Origin: a virus
IMG/VR virus record: IMGVR_UViG_3300012348_000173
Location: 29,919-93,918 of that record
DNA: 64,000 nt
Reading direction: 5' to 3' (one strand)
Position 1 is the first letter of the stretch. Every line of letters starts with the position of its first letter. The notes below the pieces were generated by a model. It did no database searches. It was given only the letters and a program-made list of their open reading frames with translations, and had not been told where the DNA came from. Of this stretch, positions 63,785 to 64,000 are shown piece after piece. The translations under genes and the position numbers were made by a program.

Positions 63785-63946
63785 TTAGCGATTCTTGTTA
63801 GAGATAATGTAATCGACAGTGGCGGCACTCGCAGCTTCAAGCGAATCCTCTTCTTCGGCATAAGCTGCGGTGGCTTGGTCGGCTGCAGTTTCAAACATTG
63901 CGAGAAGTTCTAGAGAATCGGGAAGCAGGGAATCGAGGTTCGGCAT
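63785..63946 (-). CDS. Small acidic early protein, 53 aa (absent from track)
   Basis: MPNLDSLLPDSLELLAMFETAADQATAAYAEEEDSLEAASAATVDYIISNKNR; ATG directly after promoter repeat. Confidence 0.65.
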   Translation of the reverse strand: MPNLDSLLPDSLELLAMFETAADQATAAYAEEEDSLEAASAATVDYIISNKNR

Positions 63947-64000
63947 GTGGTGGTTTCCTTACAGAATCATTATAAACGGAAAACGACCGCTTGTAAATAA
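63947..64000 (-). repeat. Early-promoter repeat, copy 6
   Basis: -10 at 63969-74, -35 at 63992-97. Confidence 0.9.

Noticed and set aside
63280-63894. Track starts at 63450 and 63894
   Set aside because: They overlap the receiver-domain gene and the 53-aa gene; downstream ATGs at 63279 and 63780 fit gene packing
48053-64000. Dispersed repeats as CRISPR, attC or IS ends
   Set aside because: They contain -35/-10 boxes, sit directly before ATGs and are kb apart; no cas, integrase or transposase nearby

Overview
A 64-kb segment of a large T4-like myovirus with cyanophage/pelagiphage-style gene order. No rRNA, tRNA, CRISPR array, reverse transcriptase, intron or intein was recognised. 1-41.5 kb is the late (virion) module: gp17 (truncated at the left edge), a GIY-YIG homing endonuclease, gp16/15/14/13, a holin-like gene, a sugar-modification cassette (GT14-like transferase, UDP-galactopyranose mutase, putative transferase), a trypsin-like protease, several fibres (two collagen-like, one RCC1-repeat), a 1724-aa VrlC-like protein, gp8/7/6/25, a split gp5, gp53/48/4/2/54/26/51 and a tape-measure-like gene. 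41.5-64 kb, on the minus strand, holds gp32/59/33, DNA ligase and many small early genes in modules headed by a repeated ~55-bp sigma70-type promoter element. These include RtcB, an ATP-dependent RNA ligase, macro, HD, ATP-grasp, SLOG-like, YqeY and cyclic-phosphate receiver proteins. Best leads: (1) a probable -1 frameshift at T-TTT-TTC fusing gp26 to a gp51-like ORF just upstream of the tape measure; (2) a possible Galf virion-glycosylation system beside Thr-rich collagen fibres; (3) a gp5 split into OB+CHAP and HxH-tipped spike genes plus a 3D-domain protein; (4) an orphan early promoter firing antisense into gp16 across GAA mini-hairpins; (5) widespread leaderless or SD-less initiation. 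All family calls come from motif recognition by eye, not database searches.
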